A stretch of 64,000 nucleotides of DNA from Eledone cirrhosa (taxonomy: Eukaryota): positions 31,124,001 to 31,188,000 of the forward strand of contig OZ024746.1 of assembly GCA_964016885.1 (NCBI GenBank), in the 5' to 3' direction. Position 1 is the first letter of the stretch. Each line of letters opens with the position of its first letter. This document shows, piece by piece, positions 1-10,930 of this stretch. The translations under genes and the position numbers were made by a program. A model generated the notes under the pieces. That model was not told the origin of the DNA. It saw nothing but the letters and a program-made list of their open reading frames with translations, and did no database searches.

Positions 1-147
1 GCACATCACATATCTAAACCAATGCAGTCTTCTCTTCTGCACAAGACCTTGGATTCCTCTTAAACCCAGCTTCTCCTTCAACACGTCCAAGCTCTGCTTC
101 TCTCCCAAACTTACATTGCATATCCAATGGAGTATGGTTGCTTCATT
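1..147 (-). mobile_element. RTE-clade LINE fragment (C-terminal part of RT ORF), degenerate
   Basis: Minus strand translates NEATILHWICNVSLGEKQSLDVLKEKLGLRGIQGLVQKRRLHWFRYVMC, homologous to the RTE copies at 6380-6543 and 19797-20604. Confidence 0.85.
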
Positions 148-609
148 ATATATATATATAATTATGTACACACATATGGGTGTTTTATTTTGCAAACTAT
201 CACCAATCATCTCTTGTTGATTACACTCCATGTTCGAGTTGGTGGAATAACAAAGTGTACCGAATTTTAAATCAATCAAATAATATTTAACATCTTTTTA
301 TTTATGATGGGTCTGAGGTGACACCTTCTCGGGCTTTTTCTCAAGTGGCCAAATGGCCTTTCAGGTTTTCATTTTCTTATTTACTATGGAAAACGAAAAG
401 CAAAATCAATCAACCAATTTTATCTTAATGAGTGTTTGGGTTCTTACATTTCTAGAAGCCATTCAGGCTATGAAAAGCAAAAGAGAAGAAAATTATTTTC
501 TAACTTCATAACAACGGATGGAACTTGACAAAAACTAGTATGTTTACAAAACCAACGCTGAACCAACAATGAAATGATCCTTGCATTAGAACCTTATTGT
601 TAACTCATT

Positions 610-950
610 CATCATCACTGTTCATCATCACCGTTTTACGTCCGTTCTTCCACGCTAGCATGGGTTAGACGGGTTGTCCTGTTGTGGGCAGTGTCTGGTC
701 GGCTGACCATGCCTTGCTCATACAGGAACTGATTTGGCTTGATTTCTACAGTTGGATGCCCTTCCTAACACCAACCTCATTTACAGTGAGTGCTGGGTGC
801 TTTTTCGTGGCGCCTACATGTCCACTTTACAGTGTGGGCTGGGTGCTTTTTTGCCGTGGCACCTCCACGACCACCTTGCGGTGGGGGGTGTGGGGGCATA
901 TTGTCTATATGCTTCAGCTTGTACCCATGGGAGGTTGGGTACTCTGTATT
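610..950 (-). mobile_element. RTE LINE/SINE shared 3' tail fragment
   Basis: (CAT)n tail plus ...GGATGCCCTTCCTAACACCAACC... motif shared with many copies in the window. Confidence 0.8.
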
Positions 951-1737
951 ACTGCATGATGCCAGAAGTCACGGTCGTGTGTCATTGTCTTGTTGAATTA
1001 TCAAAACAAATATCGAAAAGTTCACCTCATTAACCTGATACCAAATACTTCTTTGTATGAACAATGAAAACAAACCACTGATGTAAAATTATTTCTACAT
1101 ACTTAGTTTAAGTTTATGATTCATTTCTTTTTTCATTTAGGATCCTATAAACAGTAGAAACGTCTCCTACATGTACATAGACAAAAATAGCCTGGCTATA
1201 ATCAACAAGTGTTGAAGTAAATATTTTACATATTTTTAGCATAGCATTCAAAAAACACCAAACTGTGCACTCCCTAAATATATCTGTATCTCCTTGTGCA
1301 GCTTTTATGTGAACTGAATTCAGGGTGCAATCAGCATGAAGTGATTCCAACAAAAAAAATGTCTCCCTATAAATATGAAACTCTCTAATGTACATACTCA
1401 ACTATTAACATGAGAAACAGGCATTGAACGATGGTAATGATGACATACATGTGCAGACACACACATATGTTTATGCACACACACATGTATGTGCACATAC
1501 AAATTATTAACAATGAAAACACACACACAGAGACACTGACACATACACATACACACACTGACACATACACACAGACACATAAACAACAGACACACATATT
1601 CCCATATTCCACAGAGCAATAAAAAGATAACATCTGAATGACTATTAAAATGTTAATATTGAATAATTGACATTGTGGTGGTGGTAGTGAGATGGGGTGG
1701 GAGTGAAAGATGTAAGAGATTCTGAAGGAAGATTAGA

Positions 1738-1738
<1 letters not shown>

Positions 1739-1818
<80 letters not shown>
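1739..1818. repeat. compound (TA)n(CA)n microsatellite
   Basis: Direct reading. Confidence 0.95.
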
Positions 1819-1822
<4 letters not shown>

Positions 1823-2040
1823 GAGAGGGGGGAGAGATTGAGGGAGGGAGAGACATGCAAAAAAGAAAAGAAGAGAGAAAGGAAAGAGAAAGAGAGTATG
1901 AGAGAGAGAAAGAGATGATGAGAAAGGGGAAAGTGATGAGGAAAAAGAGCATAAAGAGGAAAAGAATAAATGAAAAGAGAGGAAGGTAGAGAGAGAGAGA
2001 GAGAAAGAGTGAGAGATTCTAAAGGTATTATAAGACTTAC

Positions 2041-2158
2041 CTATGAATCTGAAAATTCTTCGTATAATCTGTGGCAGCCTACAGGCAGAACAGAGAATGG
2101 TAATGGAACGTTGTGGTTCTGAACTGAAAGCCCACATCCCTATTTCACTTATTAATAT
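2041..2158 (-). CDS. PLPPR: PLPP/PLPPR-like phospholipid phosphatase-related protein, coding exon 3
   Basis: Acceptor ttgtattttcag, donor G|gtaagt; 118 nt, phase 0 in and phase 1 out; ILISEIGMWAFSSEPQRSITILCSACRLPQIIRRIFRFI-G resembles the PLPPR segment ending RRxxRFxG. Family-level call from recalled sequence; paralogue not assignable. Confidence 0.85.
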
Positions 2159-2235
2159 CTGAAAATACAACATGTGCATATATCATATATCATATATATA
2201 TATATATCATTTGATATATATATATATATCATTTT

Positions 2236-2482
2236 CATCATCATCATTTCATTTTACGTCCGCTTTTCCCTGCTTGCAAGGGTGGGACGGGAACTGATTC
2301 TGGCTTGATTTCTACAGCTGGATGCCCTTCCTAACACCAACCTCATTTACAGTGAGTGCTGGGTGCTTTTTTTTACGTGGCACCTCCACGACCACTTTGC
2401 AGTGGAATGATAGGGACCCCAGTCCCTATCATCTCATTTCTACAGCTGAGTAAACTGGAGCAATGTGAAATAAAATGTCTTG

Positions 2483-2486
<4 letters not shown>
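2236..2486 (-). mobile_element. tRNA-derived SINE with RTE tail, 5'-truncated (same family as 29672-30021)
   Basis: Near-identical reverse complement of ~29760-30021, lacking the tRNA head. Confidence 0.9.
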
Positions 2487-2519
<33 letters not shown>

Positions 2520-2564
2520 TTATTTATTTATTAAAATAACAGATTAAAGTTTAAGCAAAGAATC

Positions 2565-2597
<33 letters not shown>

Positions 2598-2965
2598 TAA
2601 GACTGAGAAGACCACTAATCATGGGAGTACTCAACACATGGGGAGATGTAGAGTGGGTAGAAAGATATGTAAAGTCCTGACTGTGGCACCAAGCAGTTTC
2701 GGTTTGTGTGTTCAGCAATTACTGAACATACAAACCGAAACCACTTGCCGCTGTGGTCGGAATTTTTCATATCTCTCTCTCTCTCTCTCGCTATGTATAT
2801 GTGTGTGTGTGTGTGTGTGTTATGTGTGTGCGTGCGTGTATTGTGAGGCATAAACAAATGTTCTCACTGGATTATTAGCCAATGACATTGGTGAAACTCC
2901 AGTTACATTTAACTGATGCACGCACGCACGCACACGCACACACACACACACACACATACACACAC

Positions 2966-3159
2966 TGGGCCTGTCAACCTCAAAAGCCCAAACAAAGAAT
3001 ACCATGAAAAACAGTGCCCTAAAACAGGGAGAAATGAGGCAAATTGGGGAGATTTAACATAATGAAAGCTAAACCCATTTTCACAATAGACGACATCTCT
3101 CACCCACCCCAAAGTGGGTGGCAGATTTCCCCATCCGACAGGGAGAGTTGACAGGTCTG
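2966..3159. mobile_element. possible small hAT-like MITE inside a (CA)n tract
   Basis: Ends TGGGCCTGTCAAC ... GTTGACAGGTCTG share a 9-bp inverted core; CA repeats on both sides. Confidence 0.4.
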
Positions 3160-3198
3160 CACACACACACAGAGTCACAGCCACACACGCAGTCAGAG

Positions 3199-3246
<48 letters not shown>

Positions 3247-4542
3247 CCACACACATTCACAACCACACACATTCTCAACCACGCGCACAGCCACACACAC
3301 AACCACACACACACACACAACCACGCGCACAGCCACACACACAACCACAACCACATACATTCACAACCATGCACACAGTCACAGCTACGCAACCACATAA
3401 CTATACCCACACACACCTATCCAGCCCATGTCACCATGGAAAGCAACCATGAAATGATAATAGCCATCTCATACTTCAACAATATCACATTCTTTCTCTT
3501 TCTCACAACCTCTATCACTCACTACTACGGTCACACTCTCTTTTTCCATCTCTCTCTCTCTCACACAACCTCTATCATTCACACACTCTCTTTCTCCTTC
3601 TATCACTCTCTCCAACACACATACACCTTCTCTCTCCCAATCTTTCTCAGTTTCTATCTATCTATCAATCCCCCCCACCCCCCGCCACCTTTCTTCTGTC
3701 GTACCCCACCACCACTGTCACCAGTACCGAAAACACCACCACCACCACCACCACAATCGGCCATAACTGCTACCACCCAAACCACCACAATTGCCATCAC
3801 CACCACCACTACCACAACCACCTCAATCACCATCACCACTACCACCACCAGCACTACAGTGTCAGCTATGTTGCCAGGGGTACTACACCTCATCTGACCA
3901 TTACAAGAACACAAGACTGCAGCAAGCTAATCAATACTAACATTCGCACATATACATATATACATACATGTATACATACATACATATATATACATATATA
4001 TGCATACACATAGATATATATATATACAAACATACATATATATACATATACATACAAATATGCATACATACATACAAATATGCATTCATACATACATACA
4101 TGCACATATAGATACATACATGCATGCATACATAAACATATACATGCATGTATACATACATACATATGTGTATACACACACACACACACATATGCAGACC
4201 TGTGTGCTCTATCTTCATGACTAATGCATGGACGTGTGTGTGTATGTTATCATCATCATCATCATCATTTAATGTTCATTTTGCCTGCTAGCAAGTGGAA
4301 TTGGATGGGTCTTCACCGACTGGTCAGTCTTGAAGCAGGGCTACTGACCTTCTGATTTTGGCCAGGAGTCAGCATCTCCCTTACATACAAACCCATGGTG
4401 TACAGAATGTATCTTATCAGGCCACTAACAGTAGGGAGGTTGCCATGTCTTTGACACAATTGAAAAGTCCTCTCTATCCTATGTTTGGCAGGTTTTCTAT
4501 GGCTAGATGCCCTTCCCAACACACACATGATGAATATGGCTA

Positions 4543-4599
<57 letters not shown>

Positions 4600-4710
4600 A
4601 TAAAATATATATATATATATATACTCATCATCACTGTTTAACATCTATTTCCCATGCTTGCATGGGTTGTGTGTGTGTATGCATACATATATATATATAT
4701 ATATATATGA

Positions 4711-5050
4711 TGGCTGCCCCCTCGTTATCGAGTATGGCCATTGCACGATATACCATTATTAATAATTAATTCTATCGTGCAATGCCTGTGCATGAAGATA
4801 ATTTTTTAAATGAGGAAAGACTGTGCACTGAGCCAATCCCACGCTCTGAGCGACAGTAGCTATAACCCGAAAAGAAGAAAATATCATCATCATCGGTAAC
4901 TACTGAGACGCAGGTTTTATATCGGAGTTATCCCAGTTTCCTGAGTTGCCTTCTCCTAGAAGAATGCCCTGACAAAGGCTAGAGGTCCTTCACTCCCAGT
5001 GGTTTAACCGCACGATCGGGTGTCCAGCCCGACTATTTCTATGTCCCCGC
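4711..5050 (-). mobile_element. probable RTE/BovB-derived non-autonomous element
   Basis: GGCTGCCCCCTCGTTATCGAG... and GAGTTGCCTTCTCCTAG... resemble recalled RTE end/5'UTR motifs; internal 11-bp inverted repeat ATTGCACGATA/TATCGTGCAAT. Confidence 0.45.
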
Positions 5051-5147
5051 GCATATACATACACATGCACCCATGTATATACGCATATACATATACGGCC
5101 ATTCAAAAGTGTGTAAATATGTATATACACATGTACATATGTATGTA

Positions 5148-5178
<31 letters not shown>

Positions 5179-5250
5179 GCATACACACTAATGCCCAATG
5201 TATTTTGAGGAATGGCCAGCTGTTATACATTTATTATATATATATATGTA

Positions 5251-5407
5251 AATGTGGTTGGTGTTAGGAAGGGCATCCAGCTGTAGAAAACCCGCCAGAC
5301 AGTCCTATGCGAGCAAGACAACCACTCTTGCCTCAAGTGGGAAAACCTCCGTCCAAACCCATGCAAGCGTGGAACACGGACGCTGATGATGATGATGATG
5401 ATGATGA
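5251..5407 (+). mobile_element. RTE LINE 3' UTR fragment with (GAT)n tail
   Basis: Matches 14850-15007. Confidence 0.88.
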
Positions 5408-5803
5408 TATACATATATATATATATATGTAAAAGGTAAACAGAAATAACAACACAATCGGTACAGTATATGGAAGGTATATATCAGGTTAAATATACAT
5501 ATATATATATATATGATAATTATAAAATGTGGAGAAGGAGCACACAAGTTGGAATATATATATATGTATGTAAACAGGGAGAAAAAAACGATTAGGAAGA
5601 AAAATATTTTTTTTCCTTTATTTTTTTTCTCTTTTTTCTGCGTTAGAAAATGTTTAAAACAAAATATTTTACTTTGTGTGAAGTGTTAAGGTATTAGTTA
5701 ATTTATTTATTAATTAACAATAGCATTGATTTATTTATTTATTAATTTATTTATTTATTTATTTATTTAATAATTGTCAATTGTGTATATATATATATAT
5801 ATA

Positions 5804-6336
5804 TAAAATATTAAACAAATAATGAACAAACAATTCCTTATATTAAACAAAAAAAGTTCACTATTTAACGATCGTTTCTAGGGTATATATGTGTTATAAT
5901 TGGTGTGCATATTTAACAGATCTATGTACAAAATTATACAAAATTATACAAATTATCAAGATTAAATATACATACCTAACTCATACATACGCCGTCTTCA
6001 GAAATAATGAAGACGGCGTATGTATGAGTTAGGTATGTATATTTAATCTTGATAATTTGTATAATTTTGTATAATTTTGTACATAGATCTGTTAAATATG
6101 CACACCAATTATAACACATATATACCCTAGAAACGATCGTTAAATAGTGAACTTTTTTTGTTTAATATAAGGAATTGTTTGTTCATTATTTGTTTAATAT
6201 TTTATCTTGACTCTGTATACCGTTTATCTTTCACCGAAAGTGGATTTTCATTACATCTCTTCTTTCCATGATATCCGGAATACATTGAGTTCTTCATACG
6301 GATTGGACACTACCGTAAACTCTTGGTAGATTTATC

Positions 6337-6340
<4 letters not shown>
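5804..6340. mobile_element. Penelope-like element pseudo-LTR remnant with inverted duplication (~195-bp palindrome arms)
   Basis: 5804-6000 is the reverse complement of 6008-6204 (no mismatch seen by eye) around loop GAAATAA; contains hammerhead motif; right copy extends to ~6340 and ends in (TA)n. Confidence 0.7.
5857..6011 (-). ncRNA. type I hammerhead ribozyme candidate
   Basis: Minus strand: stem I UUCAUUAUUU (6011-6002), CUGAAGA (6001-5995), long stem II region, GAAAC-GAUC-GUU (5878-5867), AAAUAGUGAA (5866-5857); stem I is 10 bp with one G-U. Confidence 0.65.
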
Positions 6341-6375
<35 letters not shown>

Positions 6376-6379
6376 TTAT

Positions 6380-6543
6380 CGTATGATGCCTGTGTGCGAA
6401 GTGTGATGCTGCATGGTAGTGAAACATGGGCTGTGACTGCAGAGGTCATATCTAGACAGGAGAGAAATGAAGCAACCATGCTTCGTTGGATGTGCAATGT
6501 AAGTGTGAGAGAAAGGCTGAGTTTTGACGGGTTAAAGGAGAAG
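6380..6543 (+). mobile_element. RTE LINE ORF fragment
   Basis: [41 protein letters not shown]; the LHGSETW motif is typical of the RTE RT C-terminal region. Confidence 0.88.
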
Positions 6544-6617
6544 CCCCAATTTACTCAACATTTACCACCCCTACTCCCACCCCAACCCATAACCAATATT
6601 AAGAGAGACGGACTCAC

Positions 6618-6777
6618 CACAAATGGTGGGACACAGACACTCAAGGAATAAACAGCTTCATCAGAAACTTCAGCGTGAAATGCAAAATCCACAAAAAGAC
6701 TTTCTTTTGAAGAATGTGAGAGTTCAGCATCTATACAGGAGAAGTTGTTCCGCCGCATTGGAAATACATTTGTCCAT
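6618..6777 (-). CDS. PLPPR: PLPP/PLPPR-like protein, coding exon 2
   Basis: Acceptor tttgctag, donor gtgagt; 160 nt; completes Arg codon AG|A then WTNVFPMRRNNFSCIDAELSHSSKESLFVDFAFHAEVSDEAVYSLSVCVPPFV, with the F.C.D motif of PAP2 extracellular loop 1 leading into TM2. Confidence 0.85.
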
Positions 6778-6813
6778 CTAGCAAAGATAATAAATACACA
6801 AATAGATAAATAA

Positions 6814-6873
<60 letters not shown>

Positions 6874-6934
6874 ATAATAAATACAAAAACCAAAATCTGA
6901 AGAGGACTCAATTAAGATTATATATATATATATA

Positions 6935-7786
6935 CAGGGTGCAGACGATATGTGTTCGCAATTTTCAACTGCTAATTTTATGCCAATTTTTTTTTTACTT
7001 CTGTTGTCACTCTTGTCTTCATAAAAACAGTGATTATATTTCCATTATTTATTTTCAGAATAATTGATTATGAATAATTTTGAACCTCCAAATTTGTGAA
7101 AGAGACATGGAGTTCTTCTTGGAATCTGCGCCGGGAGGACAAATAAGGAAATTTCAAACTTTCCCAGAACAACAGGTGGCTCGCTGTCTCATCCAAAGAC
7201 ATACCCAGAGTCATGCAGACAAAGTTTCCAGCGACAACATTGGTCTTAGGTGTCGTCAGCAGTCAAGGTGACGTCATGCCACCTCACTTCTTCCCTGAGG
7301 GCCTCAAGCTGAACATCGATGGCTACATCCGCATTCTGAGCGAGATAGTAAAGCCCTGGATCGACCAGGTAGCTGCAGGTAGGCCGTACATGTCATACTA
7401 GCCGAAAGACCCAAGCCTGGCTGTCAGAGAACTTCGTTGACCACACTTCACCTGACATCTGGCCTCCCAGCTCGCCTGACTGCAACCCCCTTGACTTCTT
7501 TGTGTGGGGCGCAGTGGAATGAGACACCAACAGATCTAGCTTCAATACGAAAGACGATCTGAAGGCCAGGATCACAAGTGCCTTTAGTGGCCTAAGTCAG
7601 TGACGAAGGCCTGTAGCTGCCTTGAGGCTGTCATCAAAGCCAATGGCAGGTTTATCGAGTGAGATTGAAAGAACAAGTCATGAAGACAAACTGACCCAAG
7701 TTTGATAAATAAATCTTAAAAAATAAAACTACTGTGTTATTTTTTCCTAGACAGTAATCTTGTGAACAAATATCGTCCGCACCTTG
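6935..7786 (+). mobile_element. internally deleted Tc1/mariner transposon (maT/DD37D-like) with transposase pseudogene
   Basis: ~26-bp TIRs CAGGGTGCAGACGATATGTGTTCGCA / TGTGAACAAATATCGTCCGCACCTTG, TA flanks; peptide remnants TKFPATTLVLGVVSSQGDVMPPHFF...KPWI and WPPSSPDCNPLDFFVW with stops and deletions. Confidence 0.9.
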
Positions 7787-7787
7787 T

Positions 7788-8030
7788 ATAAGTATATATA
7801 AACCCGTAGAGCAAATATTTATTATTAGTACAGATTAAAAGTTTAAGCAAAGAATTTCTGCTTTCACCCTAAGTGGGATCTTCTGAAACTGAGATAAATT
7901 AATTTGAAGACGCAGAAATAAATATTTCAAAAAAGTTACAACCAGATATTGCCTTTAGAAAACGGGAAGACATAACAGCAGTACGTGAGGATGCTCTCTT
8001 GAGATGGGCGAAATATATGCAAGGATAATT
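7788..8030. repeat. dispersed repeat, probably Penelope-like remnant
   Basis: 7788-7860 recurs at ~22806-22876 and partly at ~2538-2563; degenerate GTGAGGA...GAAA motif near 7986-8014. Confidence 0.45.
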
Positions 8031-8189
8031 ATACCATTATGTGGAGCATAATGGTAAAAAACATTTTTGTTATAGAAATATCTGGAGACTAATATTCTTT
8101 TTAAAATAGCTGAATGAATTTCCATCTACTGTATATTTGTTTAAATATTTTACTTTTATTAAACATCATTTATGAAAGACAAAGTTGAT

Positions 8190-8280
8190 TATGTTGGGAT
8201 TTGAACTCAGAATGTAGTAAGTCATACCTAAATACTACAAAGTATTTTGCCCGACACTCCACCAATACAGCCAATTCACA
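8190..8280 (-). mobile_element. SINE tRNA-like head fragment
   Basis: GGGATTTGAACTCAG (B-box reverse complement); similar to 31085-31176. Confidence 0.65.
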
Positions 8281-8471
8281 CTGTCCTTTCCACCACCGCC
8301 AACACCAACAACAACATGATTAGAGTGGTGTGGTGTGGTGTGGTGGTGATGATAATAGTGTTGATGAAAGAAACTAAAGTTGAGTGGAGACTAATTAAGT
8401 CACTCACCTGAGAAATTAAATTACAGGTGAATGGAGAATAATTAAGTCACCCACCTGAGTTATTATGTTAA

Positions 8472-8671
8472 CCCTTCAGCATTTAAACTGGCCATATCCA
8501 GCCAGAATCCTCTCACCTCATTCAAACCGGCTATAACCAGCCACACATACTGATGTTAAGGTATGGTTCTCAAAATAATTAATATCAAATCAGTATGTGA
8601 GATAATTATGTGGTAAAACCTTTACCACAAAAATATAATAGTATATATAGAGTAATGAAAATGCTAAAGGG
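8472..8671. mobile_element. piggyBac-type MITE
   Basis: TTAA|CCCTTCAGCATTT ... AAATGCTAAAGGG|TAA. Confidence 0.7.
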
Positions 8672-8729
8672 TAAGTGAGAAATTACGTTGAAGGTGAGTG
8701 GAGAATAATTGAGGTGGAATAAAATGGAT

Positions 8730-9060
8730 TTCCACCAGTTTCAAGGATGAATGTCCCAGTTGTTTGATCAATATAATGGCTTGTTCATGAAATTAACATG
8801 TAAGTGGCTGAGTATTTCACACACACATGAACCTGTAACATAATTCTCAGGGAGATTCAGCATGACAGAGTGTGACAAGACTGACTCTGAATTACAGGTA
8901 TTGCCCATCTAACAGGCTTCCAAACAGGTTCTGTCTACCCAATTTCAGCTACAAGGTTGACATGGAACTATGGTAAATGACACTTTCCCAAATGCTGCAC
9001 AGTGGGATTGAACCAGAGACCTAATGATTACAAAGTGAACATCTTAACCATTGGCCATGC
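8730..9060 (-). mobile_element. degenerate tRNA-derived SINE
   Basis: Minus strand starts GCATGGCCAATGGTTAAG...GGTTCAATCCCACTG (A and B boxes). Confidence 0.65.
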
Positions 9061-9396
9061 TGTAACCACACACCTGCATAGGACATACCTGAGAGTAAAT
9101 AAGACATTTACATAGGAAAGTAAGCTAATGTAGCAATTAATGAGCTAATGAAGAAGAAAACGAGACATCTAAAAATAAATGAGACACACATGGGAAAGTA
9201 GACCAAAGTAGCAATTAAGAAACTAGTGGAGAATAAATGAGATATACCTGATATATATTAAACACCTGAGATAGTAAGCTAATGTAGCAATTAATGAACT
9301 GGTGGAGAATATATGACACACTTAAGAAATAAAGTAGGCTCGAGGTGAGTATAGAACATTATACTCCCCTCAGGTAGCAATAAATAAGAGACTTAC

Positions 9397-9596
9397 CTGA
9401 GAAAGTAGGCTAATGTAGCAATTATACCCAATATAATCAACTCGAGAACAAAGGTGATGACAATGAGAACATTGGGTCGAGATTTCCTTGAAGAATCTGA
9501 TCCAAGATCAGAATCATTGTCTCCTCTTCCGCTTTCCTCCATGTCTTTAGACAACTGATTGTTGCTGCTCTGGGACAGTAGTTTAGGATAGGGCAT
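9397..9596 (-). CDS. PLPPR: PLPP/PLPPR-like protein, first coding exon (exon 9397-9608 including 12 nt 5'UTR)
   Basis: Acceptor ttccag at 9610-9609, ATG at 9596, donor AG|gtaagt; encodes MPYPKLL...RPNVLIVITFVLELIILGIIATLAYFLR (TM1 resembles PLPPR FVELVI...LAYY); phase 2 matches the next exon. Confidence 0.85.
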
Positions 9597-9659
9597 CTTA
9601 TTTCACAGCTGGAATATAGACAGGTAAAAATATATTGGAACTCTCTTCCCACACACTTT

Positions 9660-9785
9660 TCGCCTGAAGAAGGGCTTATGCCCGAAACGTCGTTCCCCAC
9701 CACCACCCACTCTCAAGAGCGTGAAACTAATAAACCTTTGTTCGTACTGCCTCTCTGTTTTGTTCCCATTCAATTTTTCACTATA
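9660..9785 (+). mobile_element. Penelope-like pLTR remnant with minimal hammerhead motif
   Basis: CTGAAGA-A-GGGC-TTAT-GCCC-GAAAC-GTC at 9664-9691, followed by AATAAA and a microsatellite end. Confidence 0.7.
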
Positions 9786-9978
9786 TGTATGTATGTAGAG
9801 AGAGAGAGAGAGAGAGAGCTTTTTATTTCACAGCTAGATATATAGAGAGAAATATATAGATAGATACAGTTAAGATAGGGCATCTTATTTCACAGGTGGA
9901 ATACAAATATACAGAAATATATATATATAGAGAGAGAGATAGGAATAGATAAATATAGTTATAGATAGTTATAAATAT

Positions 9979-10502
9979 AGACCCAGAAAAACCTGGGACG
10001 ACTTGATAAATTCCGACCTCACACACTTACACCTCTCCAAGACAATGTCACTGGACTGAGATCTTTGGTGCTACACAGTCATACAGAAGACCCGCCTTGC
10101 CTAAGTACAAAGCGAAACCTACAGTCAGTAGGCACCTCTAACAAAATACAACCCCGTCCCACTACCCCTACCCCATCCACACCACCCCCTTAAATGTGAA
10201 GTTATGTTGGTACCACAACATCCAGTCTGAAACAAATGAGGTCGTGTAGGTGTCACGACAAAAAAAAAAACACAGTCCACGCTGTAATGTGGCCGTGTAG
10301 GTAACACGGTAAAAACCTCCCAGTCCACACTGTAAACGTGGTTGGTGTTAGGAAGGGCATCCAGCCGTAGAAAACCCACCAGACAGTCCTATACGAGCAG
10401 GACAACCAATCTTGCCTCAAGTGAGAAAACTCCCGTCCAAACCCATGCAAGCGTGGAAGATGGACGTTAAACGATGATGATGATGATGATGATGATGATG
10501 AT
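9979..10502 (+). mobile_element. RTE LINE 3' end, 5'-truncated
   Basis: RPRKTWDDLINSDLTHLHLSKTMSLD..., 3'UTR, (GAT)n tail. Confidence 0.92.
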
Positions 10503-10699
10503 AGTTAGGGTGGGGCATCTTATTTCACAGCTGGAATACAGATATAGATAGATATATATTGACAAACAGACAGAGAGATAGATACTAAAAGTAAATGTGG
10601 TGATGAGAGACTGAAAGTTACAGTGTTTGCCAATTGAATGAAGACAACATTAGTTTTGAGAGTAGTTATCTATTTGGCCTAGCATGTAACACCTCTCTA

Positions 10700-10930
10700 A
10701 CACTAGTGCCACGATAAGATGCACCCAGTACACTCTGTAAATTAATAATGTGGTGCCATATTAAAATGCATCTAGTATACATTGTAAGGTGGTTAGTGTT
10801 AAGAAGGAAATCCAGCCATAGAAACCAAGTAAAATATGGAACTTATGAGCAAGATGAGGTTACCTCAACCATCTGGTCTCAGATCATGACAATCTGTTCA
10901 ACCTGTCAGTACGGAAAGTGGATGTCAAAT
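10700..10930 (+). mobile_element. old RTE/SINE tail copy
   Basis: Degenerate GTGGTTAGTGTTAAGAAGGAAATCCAGCC...GGAAAGTGGATGT. Confidence 0.6.

Noticed and set aside
1114-1401. 95-aa minus ORF as the next PLPPR exon
   Set aside because: No TM3 or KxxxGRxRP-like motif; no similarity recognised
7980-8025. Fourth hammerhead motif (GTGAGGA-TGCTC...GGGC-GAAATATATG)
   Set aside because: Core C3 and the NUH site are not intact and no stem I was found; at most a decayed Penelope-like relic
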